NCBI GenBank assembly: GCA_934097015.1
Contig: CAKONF010000001.1
Span: 613 to 64,612, forward strand
DNA length: 64,000 nt
Reading direction: 5' to 3'
DNA from: an uncultured Bacilli bacterium
GTDB lineage: Bacteria; Bacillota_I; Bacilli_A; RF39; UBA660
The notes under the pieces are model-generated. The model did not search any database. It saw only the letters and a list, made by a program, of their open reading frames with translations, and was not told the origin of the DNA. Position 1 is the first letter of the stretch, and every line of letters begins with the position of its first letter. Below, in pieces: positions 56,278 through 64,000 of this stretch. The translations under genes and the position numbers were made by a program.

Positions 56278-58245
56278 ATGTCAAAAACTACTATTAAAGA
56301 TGCAATTTATATATCTATAAAAAATTTAATGAGAAAAAATAATTGTGTATATGTTAGTTTAAAAGATATATATATTGAAGTTGCAAGTTATTTAAAAAAA
56401 GAACAAAACTATGGGTTAGAAAGTTCTATTAGAGGAAGACTTCAAGAATGTTGTAGTCAATATAAATTTTTTAAAGGAGAAAATCTCTTTAAAACTAGAG
56501 AAGTAAAATCTGGTATGTGGACTATCGTTAAAATTGGTGAAACTATGAACAAATATATAAGATATAAAAACAATAAATTTTTGATTACAAATAATGATTG
56601 GATTGATTTTGAAGAATGTTCAATCTTAGATAATTTATATATTGAAGAAAATAACAAAGATATTATATATGAAGTTAAATTAACTAATGAAATAGGAAAA
56701 GAAAAAGCGAACGTTATAATAAATGAATTAATTTCTATTAGAAATTTGCTTAAGAATTATAAAGATTTTAAAGGATCTGATGAAGGCTATGGAAAATCTT
56801 TTGAGGTTTTTGCAGTTTCTACATTACAAAATATTTCCTATTTAGAATGTGTTTCAAAATATATAGTGCATGGTGATAAAGATGGAAAAATTGATGCAAT
56901 ATTTTATAATTCTAAAGAAGTTTATGTTTATCAAATAAAAATTGGAATGATTAATGATGATTGTTTTGATGCTATTAATTATAATTATAATTTATGTAAA
57001 AATAATAAAATTCCACAAGATGGAAGTGATTTATATAATTTCTATAAATTACATGAAAATGAACTAAAAAATAAAAATACTAACTATAAAACTGTATCTT
57101 CTAATTCTAAACAAGAGTATAATTATACTCCTAACGAAATATATGATTTATTTTTTAAAATAAAATTATTACCATCTTATTTTAATAATCTTGAACTTTA
57201 TATAAATAAACCGATAACCAATAATTCTGGAAGACGTGTATATAATGTTTCAACTGATGGAGAAAATAATTATATTTTCTTTATAAAAGCTTATGATTTA
57301 ATTGAAAGTATATGTAATGCTTTGGGTATAAATTATGAAAAAAGTGAAAATGATAATATTGATTTATCTAAATATTTTTATGATAATGTTAGAGGAATGT
57401 TGTCTCAAAAAAAAGATATGATTAAAACTATAAAAGAAGAACCACATAATTTTATTAAATATAATAATGGTATAAGCATTAATGGAAAAGTAGAAAATTT
57501 AAATGATCAGATTAAAATAATTAATCCAGTAATAAATAATGGACAACAAACTATTTATACATTAGTGAAATCAAATGATGATTTAACTAAAGTCATTTTA
57601 CCTGTTAAAATAACTAATGAAACAGATCCTATTATCAATGTTAATATTTCTAAATATACAAACGATCAAGTAAATGTAAAAGAGATTGATATGTTATCAA
57701 TTAATAAATATATTAGAAATATTCAATTTAAACTTTTAAATAATAGTGAATATTTTTTGAAGATTCATACTAGTGGGACAAAAGAATATGAATCTTTAAT
57801 GAAATGCATATATAAAGATAGTAAAATTATTAGTTTAATGGATTTTATAAAGTTATATTATTCTATTTTAAATAGTGATAATTTAGGTAATTGGAAAAAT
57901 AGCCCTAATAAAATGATAGATGATTTTAAAATTGAAGAGGATTTTGATTTTGAGATATCTTTAAAAGTTTGTAAGGCAACTGAAATGTATAAAGTTTATG
58001 TAAATAATTTAAAGGATAAAAAATTAAAAGCTGATTTAAAAACTGCTGATATTGCATTAAAATATATTTTATATAAATACAACTTTAATATTGAAGATGC
58101 GGTTAAAATTATAATTGATATTAATAATAAATATTTTTATAATCTCAATGACAAAAAAAGAAAAAGCAAGTTAATAGATATATATAAGAGCAACAACATT
58201 ATCAATATAATAAAAGAAAAATGTGATAATATTACAACAAATTGA
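56278..58245 (+). CDS. AIPR (abortive infection phage resistance) family protein with N-terminal winged-helix and Mrr-cat-like nuclease module
   Basis: 655 aa. The N-terminal 85 aa are wH-like (SIRGRLQECC...KSGMWTI). Then FEVFAVSTL...GDKDGKIDAIF...VYVYQIKIG (D..QxK PD-(D/E)xK-like), and a central NNGQQT motif typical of AIPR. Confidence 0.65.
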   Translation: MSKTTIKDAIYISIKNLMRKNNCVYVSLKDIYIEVASYLKKEQNYGLESSIRGRLQECCSQYKFFKGENLFKTREVKSGMWTIVKIGETMNKYIRYKNNKFLITNNDWIDFEECSILDNLYIEENNKDIIYEVKLTNEIGKEKANVIINELISIRNLLKNYKDFKGSDEGYGKSFEVFAVSTLQNISYLECVSKYIVHGDKDGKIDAIFYNSKEVYVYQIKIGMINDDCFDAINYNYNLCKNNKIPQDGSDLYNFYKLHENELKNKNTNYKTVSSNSKQEYNYTPNEIYDLFFKIKLLPSYFNNLELYINKPITNNSGRRVYNVSTDGENNYIFFIKAYDLIESICNALGINYEKSENDNIDLSKYFYDNVRGMLSQKKDMIKTIKEEPHNFIKYNNGISINGKVENLNDQIKIINPVINNGQQTIYTLVKSNDDLTKVILPVKITNETDPIINVNISKYTNDQVNVKEIDMLSINKYIRNIQFKLLNNSEYFLKIHTSGTKEYESLMKCIYKDSKIISLMDFIKLYYSILNSDNLGNWKNSPNKMIDDFKIEEDFDFEISLKVCKATEMYKVYVNNLKDKKLKADLKTADIALKYILYKYNFNIEDAVKIIIDINNKYFYNLNDKKRKSKLIDIYKSNNIINIIKEKCDNITTN

Positions 58246-58440
58246 TTTTTAGTATAATTATGTATAATTTTTATTGATTTTAATGTAAGTTTTGTGTGAT
58301 AAATGCGGTAGACTCAAGAAAAATAAAAGATAAATATAAGTTAATTAAAAATTTAAATACCTTATTTTAAGGTGTTTTTTATGTTAAATAATTTACATTG
58401 TTTTTAAATAATGGTACAATTTATTTAGGAGGTTATTGAG

Positions 58441-59253
58441 ATGGAAGAAAAGAAAAAAGTTAATTATGGTTTAATTATATTTATAGCAATAGTTGTTATA
58501 TTATTTATACCTATCATAGTGGATTATGTTGGTAAAAAAAATATAAGTGTTTTATCAAGTAAAGATATTACTGAAAAAATGAATGCTAAAGAATCATTTA
58601 TAGTTTATATAGGTGATGCTGATAAATCAACAAAGAGTGGTTTAAGAAGTGTTAGAGATTTAACTAAGACAGATTATGCAACAGATTATAGTGTTTATAC
58701 TGTTAAATCTAGTGATGATGTTAAAAAAACTTTAGGAGATAAAGTGGAAGTTGCTGTAATTGTTGAAGGTGATATTCAAAAAACATATGCTAAATATGAT
58801 GAAAAAAATATTACTAATGATGCAAACATTTATTATCTAGGAAATATTACTGATAAAAATAGAACTTATAAGGTTGCTGAAAATTTTAAAGCTTATAAAA
58901 AATTAGTAAAAAGTGATAAAACTACTATGGCTGTATTTGGTAGAGATAATTGTTTCTATTGTAATAAATTTAAACCAGTATATAATGCTGTTAGTGAAAA
59001 ATATAATGTAGATATTTATTTCTTTGATTCATTAAGTTATGATGAAACTGAATATGAAAAAATAACTAATATGGACTTAGCTGTTCCTGCTAAATGCAGT
59101 AGTGAAGGTAAAGAATTTAAATTATCTGATGGATTTGGTACTCCATTAACATTAATTACTAAAAAAGGTAAAGTTGTTGACTGTATAAGTGGATATGTTA
59201 ATAGAAGTTCATTAATAGATAAATTAAAAACAAATAATATGATAAGTGAGTGA
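58441..59253 (+). CDS. Membrane-anchored thioredoxin-fold protein
   Basis: N-terminal TM. CFYC (CxxC) lies in FGRDNCFYCNKFKPVY. Confidence 0.6.
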   Translation: MEEKKKVNYGLIIFIAIVVILFIPIIVDYVGKKNISVLSSKDITEKMNAKESFIVYIGDADKSTKSGLRSVRDLTKTDYATDYSVYTVKSSDDVKKTLGDKVEVAVIVEGDIQKTYAKYDEKNITNDANIYYLGNITDKNRTYKVAENFKAYKKLVKSDKTTMAVFGRDNCFYCNKFKPVYNAVSEKYNVDIYFFDSLSYDETEYEKITNMDLAVPAKCSSEGKEFKLSDGFGTPLTLITKKGKVVDCISGYVNRSSLIDKLKTNNMISE

Positions 59254-59258
59254 TAAGT

Positions 59259-59720
59259 ATGTCAAAAGATAAAACTGTATTACAATGTGTATTAGAATTT
59301 AAGAAGAGGTATCCATGTACTATAATGTGGAGAGTTAGAAAACATTGTGCTGTTATAGAAAAGCATTTAAATCCTGGAGAAAGAGTTTTATATGCTTTTG
59401 CAGCACAAAAAAATGATAATGCTACACAAATATTTGATACAGCTGTATTGTGTGTTACGAGTGATAGAATATTAATAGCGCAAGATCAAATATTATATGG
59501 ATATACTTTAAATTCAATTACTCCTGAAATGTATAATGATATGCAAATATTTTCTGGGATATTTTGGGGTAAAATATGTATAGATACAGTTAAAGAAGTG
59601 ATGTATTTTTCAAACTTTTCTAAAAAAGCATTACCAGAAGTACAAAGCGTAATATCTATGTATATGATGGAAGCAAAAAAAATGTATCCTGATAAAGATA
59701 AAATTAGTTCTAGTAAGTAG
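59259..59720 (+). CDS. Hypothetical protein (bacterial PH-like domain suspected)
   Basis: 153 aa. The GERVLYAFAAQKN...LCVTSDRILIA pattern fits a PH-like domain. It overlaps the upstream stop. Confidence 0.45.
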   Translation: MSKDKTVLQCVLEFKKRYPCTIMWRVRKHCAVIEKHLNPGERVLYAFAAQKNDNATQIFDTAVLCVTSDRILIAQDQILYGYTLNSITPEMYNDMQIFSGIFWGKICIDTVKEVMYFSNFSKKALPEVQSVISMYMMEAKKMYPDKDKISSSK

Positions 59721-59765
59721 AACTTTTTTTATGTTTTGTAATATATTATTATAGGTGAATAAATT

Positions 59766-60068
59766 ATGAATAATGAATTATATGATACTTATATTATAAA
59801 AAAAGGAGACACATTATATGGTATTGGTAAAAAATATAATATAAATCCAGAATTATTGAGTTTAGTAAATGGGTTAAAGATGGAAGATTATATATATGAA
59901 AATCAAGAAATAATGATACCTAAATCAGGATATAGTTATTATTTAACTAAAAGTGGAGACAATTTAAATGATATATTAGATTTATTTAATGTTGATTATA
60001 GAGAATTTAATAAAGTTAATAATAGAATATTATTAGAAGAAGGACAATTATTTGCATATAAAAGATAG
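59766..60068 (+). CDS. Tandem LysM-domain protein
   Basis: YIIKKGDTLYGIGKKYNINPELLSLVNGL and YLTKSGDNLNDILDLFNVDYREFNKVN. Confidence 0.75.
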   Translation: MNNELYDTYIIKKGDTLYGIGKKYNINPELLSLVNGLKMEDYIYENQEIMIPKSGYSYYLTKSGDNLNDILDLFNVDYREFNKVNNRILLEEGQLFAYKR

Positions 60069-60120
60069 AATTATATCTTTTTTTTTGTTATACTTTATTT
60101 AGTATAGGATAGGTGATTAT

Positions 60121-61683
60121 ATGGTATTTAAGAAACCTTATGCATTTTTTATTAAATATTTTAGATTAATTAATTTAATATTAAGTTTATTGCTTATTTT
60201 TATAACTTATAAATTAAATTTATTAAGACAAGTAGTTAATAATATATATTTAGGTAAAGTAGTTAATTATAGTACATTAAAGAGTGATTATATTGGCTTT
60301 AGAATGTATTTGGTATTATTTATAGTAATAGCTATATTAGTAAGTATAATATTATTATTTATAAAAAAGAAGAAACCGTTATATGATTATTTATATTGTG
60401 TTATATATTTAGTGTTTGTTTTTATATATTTAATAAGTGTTAGTAATTTATTTTTAACTTTAGATGAAAGTATAGTAGAGATAACTACTTTGAAACTTTA
60501 TACTGATATATCTTTTCTTATAATGATTCCAATGATATATTTTTTAATTAAATATATTATGATTGTTATTGGTTTTAATTTAAAAAAATTTAATTTTAGT
60601 AAAGATATTATTGAACTTAAACAAGATGAAAAGGATAATGAAGAAGTAGAAGTAATATTTGATAAGAATACTTATAAATGTAAAAGAGGTATAAGAAGAT
60701 GGTTTAGAGAGTTTAGATATTATTATTTAGAAAATAAGTTTTTAATAAATATTATATTATGTGTAGTAGTTGGTATTGCTTTTATAAGTATATTTAGTGT
60801 TAATATGTTTAAATCTAATAGAGTTAGTGTTGGTAGAAGTTTTAATGCTGGTACTTTTAATTATAAAGTTGGTAATGTTTATGAAACTAAATATGATTTA
60901 AATTATAATATTATTAAAAAAGATAAAAAATATGTAGTAGCTAATGTTAGTGTTAAAAATAATATTCAAGAATCTAGTAGTATTGATTTTAAAAGAATAA
61001 GATTAATGTATGGTAAGGAATATGTTTATGCTACTAATTATTTTAATAAATATTTTTATGATTTAGGTACTCCATATAATAATGATGTTATAAAATATGG
61101 TAATGTATATAAATATATTTTAATTTTTGAGGTACCTAATACTTACAAATCAAATAAATATACTATAAAATTTTATGATAAGATTGAATATAGGAAAGAA
61201 GGAAGTAAAGGTTCTTATAAAGAAGTTAAAGTTAGTGCTAAAAGAATAAATGAAGAAAGAAATGAGTTGTTTTTAAAATTAAATGAGAATTCTGTGTTTG
61301 ATAAAAGAAATTATGGCAGTAGTAATATTACTATAAGTGATTTTGATATTAAATCTACTTATGTTTATAAAGATAATGACAAGAGTGTTATTATAAGAGA
61401 TAAAAATATTAATAATGTTTTACTTATTTTAGATTATAAATTGGAACTAGATAGTAAAAAGGATATTAGTAAATATTTTAAAGATGATAAGGAATTTTTT
61501 GATAAGTTTATAACTGTTAGCTACAAATATAATGATAAAAATAAAAATTATAAAGATGTTAAAGCTGTTGGGAATGTCGATGGTAAAATAATGTTATCTG
61601 TTCCATATGAAGTTATGAATGCAAGTGATATAAGAGTAAATATTGAATTTAGAGATGTTAAACTCGTTTATGAATTAAAATAA
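60121..61683 (+). CDS. Polytopic membrane protein with extracellular beta-rich domains (DUF4352-like suspected)
   Basis: 520 aa, about 5 TM in two blocks. The Lys/Asn/Tyr-rich C-terminal half has an alternating beta-like pattern. Confidence 0.5.
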   Translation: MVFKKPYAFFIKYFRLINLILSLLLIFITYKLNLLRQVVNNIYLGKVVNYSTLKSDYIGFRMYLVLFIVIAILVSIILLFIKKKKPLYDYLYCVIYLVFVFIYLISVSNLFLTLDESIVEITTLKLYTDISFLIMIPMIYFLIKYIMIVIGFNLKKFNFSKDIIELKQDEKDNEEVEVIFDKNTYKCKRGIRRWFREFRYYYLENKFLINIILCVVVGIAFISIFSVNMFKSNRVSVGRSFNAGTFNYKVGNVYETKYDLNYNIIKKDKKYVVANVSVKNNIQESSSIDFKRIRLMYGKEYVYATNYFNKYFYDLGTPYNNDVIKYGNVYKYILIFEVPNTYKSNKYTIKFYDKIEYRKEGSKGSYKEVKVSAKRINEERNELFLKLNENSVFDKRNYGSSNITISDFDIKSTYVYKDNDKSVIIRDKNINNVLLILDYKLELDSKKDISKYFKDDKEFFDKFITVSYKYNDKNKNYKDVKAVGNVDGKIMLSVPYEVMNASDIRVNIEFRDVKLVYELK

Positions 61684-61720
61684 AAAGTTCAAATTGTGTA
61701 TTTTGAACTTTTTTTTTTTG
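61683..61720 (+). terminator. Intrinsic terminator
   Basis: AAAGTTCAAA-ttgtgta-TTTTGAACTTT followed by T9. Confidence 0.8.
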
Positions 61721-61785
61721 CATAATAAATTTAAAAATACATTTATTAAATAAAAATAAAAACCCTTAATGGGGAATAATTCAAT

Positions 61786-61859
61786 TGGAGGACCCAGTCG
61801 GATTTGAACCAACGATCAGGGAGTTGCAGTCCCATGCCTTACCACTTGGCTATGGATCC
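61786..61859 (-). tRNA. tRNA-Cys (GCA)
   Basis: The reverse complement GGATCCATAGCCAAGTGGTAAGGCATGGGACTGCAACTCCCTGATCGTTGGTTCAAATCCGACTGGGTCCTCCA folds as a cloverleaf. Anticodon loop CTGCAAC, U73 discriminator, encoded CCA. Confidence 0.9.
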
Positions 61860-62053
61860 ATTAGAAATAAAAATTCATTTCATGTATTAAATTTTACAAT
61901 ATAATTGTCTTAAAGTCAATTAAATATAATGTATTTCAATAATATTCTATTAAATTAAAACACTTTTATTCAAAATTATTGTTTTTGACTACTAATTTTT
62001 TGTTTTTTTGTGTTGTACATATCGTCCGTCACGGAAATAAATAATTATTTTTA

Positions 62054-62485
62054 TTATTTTCTACCGCATAACCAATCTAGCGATATTTTATATGATTTAC
62101 ATATTTGATATGCAAATGCGGTTAATATTAATGTTTTACCACTCTCATAAGCACTTAGTGTAGAATGTGTTGTATTTAATATTTTTGCTAATTCAACTTG
62201 TGTGATATTATTGTTGTGTCTAAATTTTTTTAGATTATTTCCTATTAATTTTTTATCAAGATTTTTAATTTTATTTGTTTTTTCATTTTGCACAGAAAGA
62301 TTAGTAAGATAATCTAAACTAACGTTGTAATAGTTTGCGATGGCGTTTAAGTGTTTTAATGGTATTATTTTAGTTCCATTTTCCCAAGCACTATATGTTG
62401 GCTGTTTAACATTAATTAATTCTGCTATTTCTAGTTGATTTAAATTTTTATCTTTTCTAATATCTTCTAGCAATTCAAATTTCAT
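62054..62485 (-). CDS. XRE-family regulator with two HTH_3 domains
   Basis: LNQLEIAELINVKQPTYSAWENG and ITQVELAKILNTTHSTLSAYESG. Start moved to MKFELL after GGTGA. Confidence 0.8.
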   Translation of the reverse strand: MKFELLEDIRKDKNLNQLEIAELINVKQPTYSAWENGTKIIPLKHLNAIANYYNVSLDYLTNLSVQNEKTNKIKNLDKKLIGNNLKKFRHNNNITQVELAKILNTTHSTLSAYESGKTLILTAFAYQICKSYKISLDWLCGRK

Positions 62486-62533
62486 TTTTTTCACCAATTT
62501 TATTATTCTATAAAAAATCATTTCATTTAAAAT

Positions 62534-62557
62534 ATATAGACAAATACGACAATTTGT
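62534..62557. promoter_or_regulatory. Promoter/operator copy 1 (ATATAGACAAATACGACAATTTGT)
   Basis: 24-nt sequence identical to 62871-62894. It contains inverted repeat ACAAAT-N6-ATTTGT over a TAGACA -35-like hexamer, and lies divergent from the XRE gene. Confidence 0.6.
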
Positions 62558-62583
62558 ATTATCCTATAATTGGAGGTGATATA

Positions 62584-62847
62584 GTGAAAGAAGCAAGTGG
62601 AGAATTAAGTATGACAACAATTACTGTTGTTGCTATCGCCGCTATTGCTGGTTTGTTTTCAGTATTTTTATTACCAGGATTGAAAGGTACTATTACAAAA
62701 AAAACTCATTGTTCTCAAGCTTTTGATTGTGATAGTTCTGGTAATAATTGTACTTATTGTAAAAATGAAGAATGTACTGAAACTGGTACTGTCAATTGTG
62801 GTACAAGTAATACTAAAACAAAAAATAGTGGAACAACACCAGGTTAA
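62584..62847 (+). CDS. Small Cys-rich exported or membrane-anchored protein
   Basis: GGAGGTG, 5 nt, then GTG. Translation VKEASGELSMTTITVVAIAAIAGLFSVFLLPGLKG followed by HCSQAFDCDSSGNNCTYCKNEECTETGTVNCG (6 Cys) and a Thr/Lys/Gly tail. Confidence 0.5.
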   Translation: MKEASGELSMTTITVVAIAAIAGLFSVFLLPGLKGTITKKTHCSQAFDCDSSGNNCTYCKNEECTETGTVNCGTSNTKTKNSGTTPG

Positions 62848-62870
62848 AATGATTATTTTTTTAAATAAAA

Positions 62871-62894
62871 ATATAGACAAATACGACAATTTGT
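62871..62894. promoter_or_regulatory. Promoter/operator copy 2
   Basis: Identical 24-mer. TAGACA, 17 nt, TAATAT. It lies upstream of 63026..63526. Confidence 0.6.
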
Positions 62895-63025
62895 GATAAT
62901 ATGATTATGATAGAAATTTTGGTATATGTATCATATTCTTTCTTATTATATCTATATATATGATTTATATACCTTTTTCTATTAACATTAAAAAAGTATA
63001 AATAATTTTTAAAGGAAGTGATAGT

Positions 63026-63526
63026 GTGAATAACAAAAAAATTACATTACCAATACAGATAATTATTATTAGTTTTTGTATTGGGTTAATTATTTCAGGA
63101 ATTGGATTAGTAAAACAGTTTAATGCTAAAAAAGTTAATGAAGATAGAAGATTGGCTGCTCTAAAAGCGTCTGAAGAAGCAATTAATTCTGCTAATAAAA
63201 GACTTGAAGAAATAAAAAAAGAATATGATGAGTTAAAAAATCAATATAATTTGAAGTCTGAGGAATGTGATGCTATTAAAATAAATGATGAAAATTGGAT
63301 GGCTAAAAAAAGTAAATGTTCTAGAGAACAAACAGAACTTCAAAATAAAATTTTCGATTTAGAAACAGAAAATGCTAGTATTAAAAGTAAAGATTATACA
63401 GGTTATTATCAAAAAGTTGAACCTATGACTTATCAAATGTTCTATATAATTGGTGCTTCTGTTTTTGGACTAGGATTAATCGGGGCTTTTATAATATATT
63501 TGGTTAAAGGTAAGAAAACTTATTAA
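63026..63526 (+). CDS. Bitopic coiled-coil membrane protein
   Basis: 166 aa. N-terminal TM, a coiled coil of about 90 aa, and a C-terminal TM. GTG start after AAAGGAAG. Confidence 0.55.
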   Translation: MNNKKITLPIQIIIISFCIGLIISGIGLVKQFNAKKVNEDRRLAALKASEEAINSANKRLEEIKKEYDELKNQYNLKSEECDAIKINDENWMAKKSKCSREQTELQNKIFDLETENASIKSKDYTGYYQKVEPMTYQMFYIIGASVFGLGLIGAFIIYLVKGKKTY

Positions 63527-63545
63527 GTAGAATTGAGAGAAGAAT

Positions 63546-64000
63546 ATGGAATATTTAAATGAAGAAAAATATAATAAAACTCAAAAGAAGGTTAAAATTT
63601 TATCTTTGTTGATTTTGATTGTTGGTTTGGTTATTGGAATAGGTCTCATTATAACTGGAGTTGTTCTTTCAAACAAATCAAATCCAATTAAAGTTAATTT
63701 AAAAGGATCTCAAAGTACTGATTCTGTTAATTCTAGAAGTGTAGAAGAAATAGAAGCTGATATAAATTCGATTAAACCTAAAATTAATTCTATGGAAAGT
63801 GAAATAAATATTTTAAGAGCAAAATTAGCACAAATACAAATGACTGATAGTAATAGTGAAGATTATTATTCTAAGCAAAAAGAGGTTGAAGAAAAAGAGA
63901 AAGAATTGTTAGATTTAAAATCTGAGTTAAGTAGATACCAGAGTGAGTTAAAAAGTGTTAATGGTAGTGATTTTAATAATGGATTAGGTACTGTGGATGA
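63546..64000 (+). CDS. Second TM + coiled-coil protein (partial, runs off window end)
   Basis: Hand translation MEYLNEEKYNKTQKKVKILSLLILIVGLVIGIGLIITGVVL... then heptad-like SMESEINILRAKLAQIQ. There is no stop before the end of the window. Confidence 0.55.
   Translation, partial: MEYLNEEKYNKTQKKVKILSLLILIVGLVIGIGLIITGVVLSNKSNPIKVNLKGSQSTDSVNSRSVEEIEADINSIKPKINSMESEINILRAKLAQIQMTDSNSEDYYSKQKEVEEKEKELLDLKSELSRYQSELKSVNGSDFNNGLGTVD

Noticed and set aside
56067-58440. AIPR region as a bona fide mobile genomic island
   Set aside because: No integrase, recombinase or transposase gene is present, and I could find no direct repeat of the ssrA 3' end. It is reported only as an accessory islet.
62671-62889. 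72-aa minus-strand ORF
   Set aside because: It is antisense to the Cys-rich protein gene, which has a strong RBS. It also spans the operator repeat.

Overview
Very AT-rich chromosomal replication-origin region of an endospore-forming Bacillota genome. Gene order is close to the Bacillus subtilis origin-proximal map, so a Bacilli/Erysipelotrichia-like lineage is a guess only. Left of about 32 kb almost every gene is on the minus strand: acyl-CoA ligase, gpmA, recG, nifJ, spoIIQ-like, spoIID, rpiB, rpmE, murA, spoIIR, prmC, prfA, rpoE, noc, rsmG, mnmG, mnmE, jag, yidC, rnpA, rpmH. Right of it almost every gene is on the plus strand: dnaA, dnaN, comK-like, recF, gyrB, gyrA, tadA, dnaX, ybaB, recR, bofA-like, holB, ricT, pth, mfd, spoVT, tatD, rsmA, yabG, spoVG, yabP, yabQ, divIC. 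The switch lies at rpmH|dnaA with DnaA boxes, which marks oriC. RNA genes found by eye are tmRNA (55709-56066), a short 4.5S-type SRP RNA (about 41701-41779) and tRNA-Cys (61786-61859, minus). There is no rRNA, CRISPR array, transposase or integrase. Content not explained by the ORF track: (1) four consensus parS 16-mers in the 590-bp gap after gyrA; (2) two perfect Noc-binding-site palindromes, one inside dnaX; (3) the only ParB-family gene is Noc-type, has no N-terminal leader, and the usual soj-spo0J slot is filled by a non-coding module; (4) a family of promoter- and terminator-bounded small-RNA candidates that share a C-rich CCCCCTG motif, one of them convergent with a 24-codon hydrophobic ORF; (5) nine TGTTC motifs at exact 10-bp phasing between an AlbA_2/Schlafen-type regulator gene and a zinc-ribbon/membrane-protein pair; (6) an AIPR abortive-infection-type gene immediately after tmRNA; (7) an XRE regulator with a duplicated 24-bp promoter/operator driving a Cys-rich small protein and coiled-coil membrane proteins next to tRNA-Cys. 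All calls rest on reading the sequence and recalling family motifs. No searches or folding programs were run.
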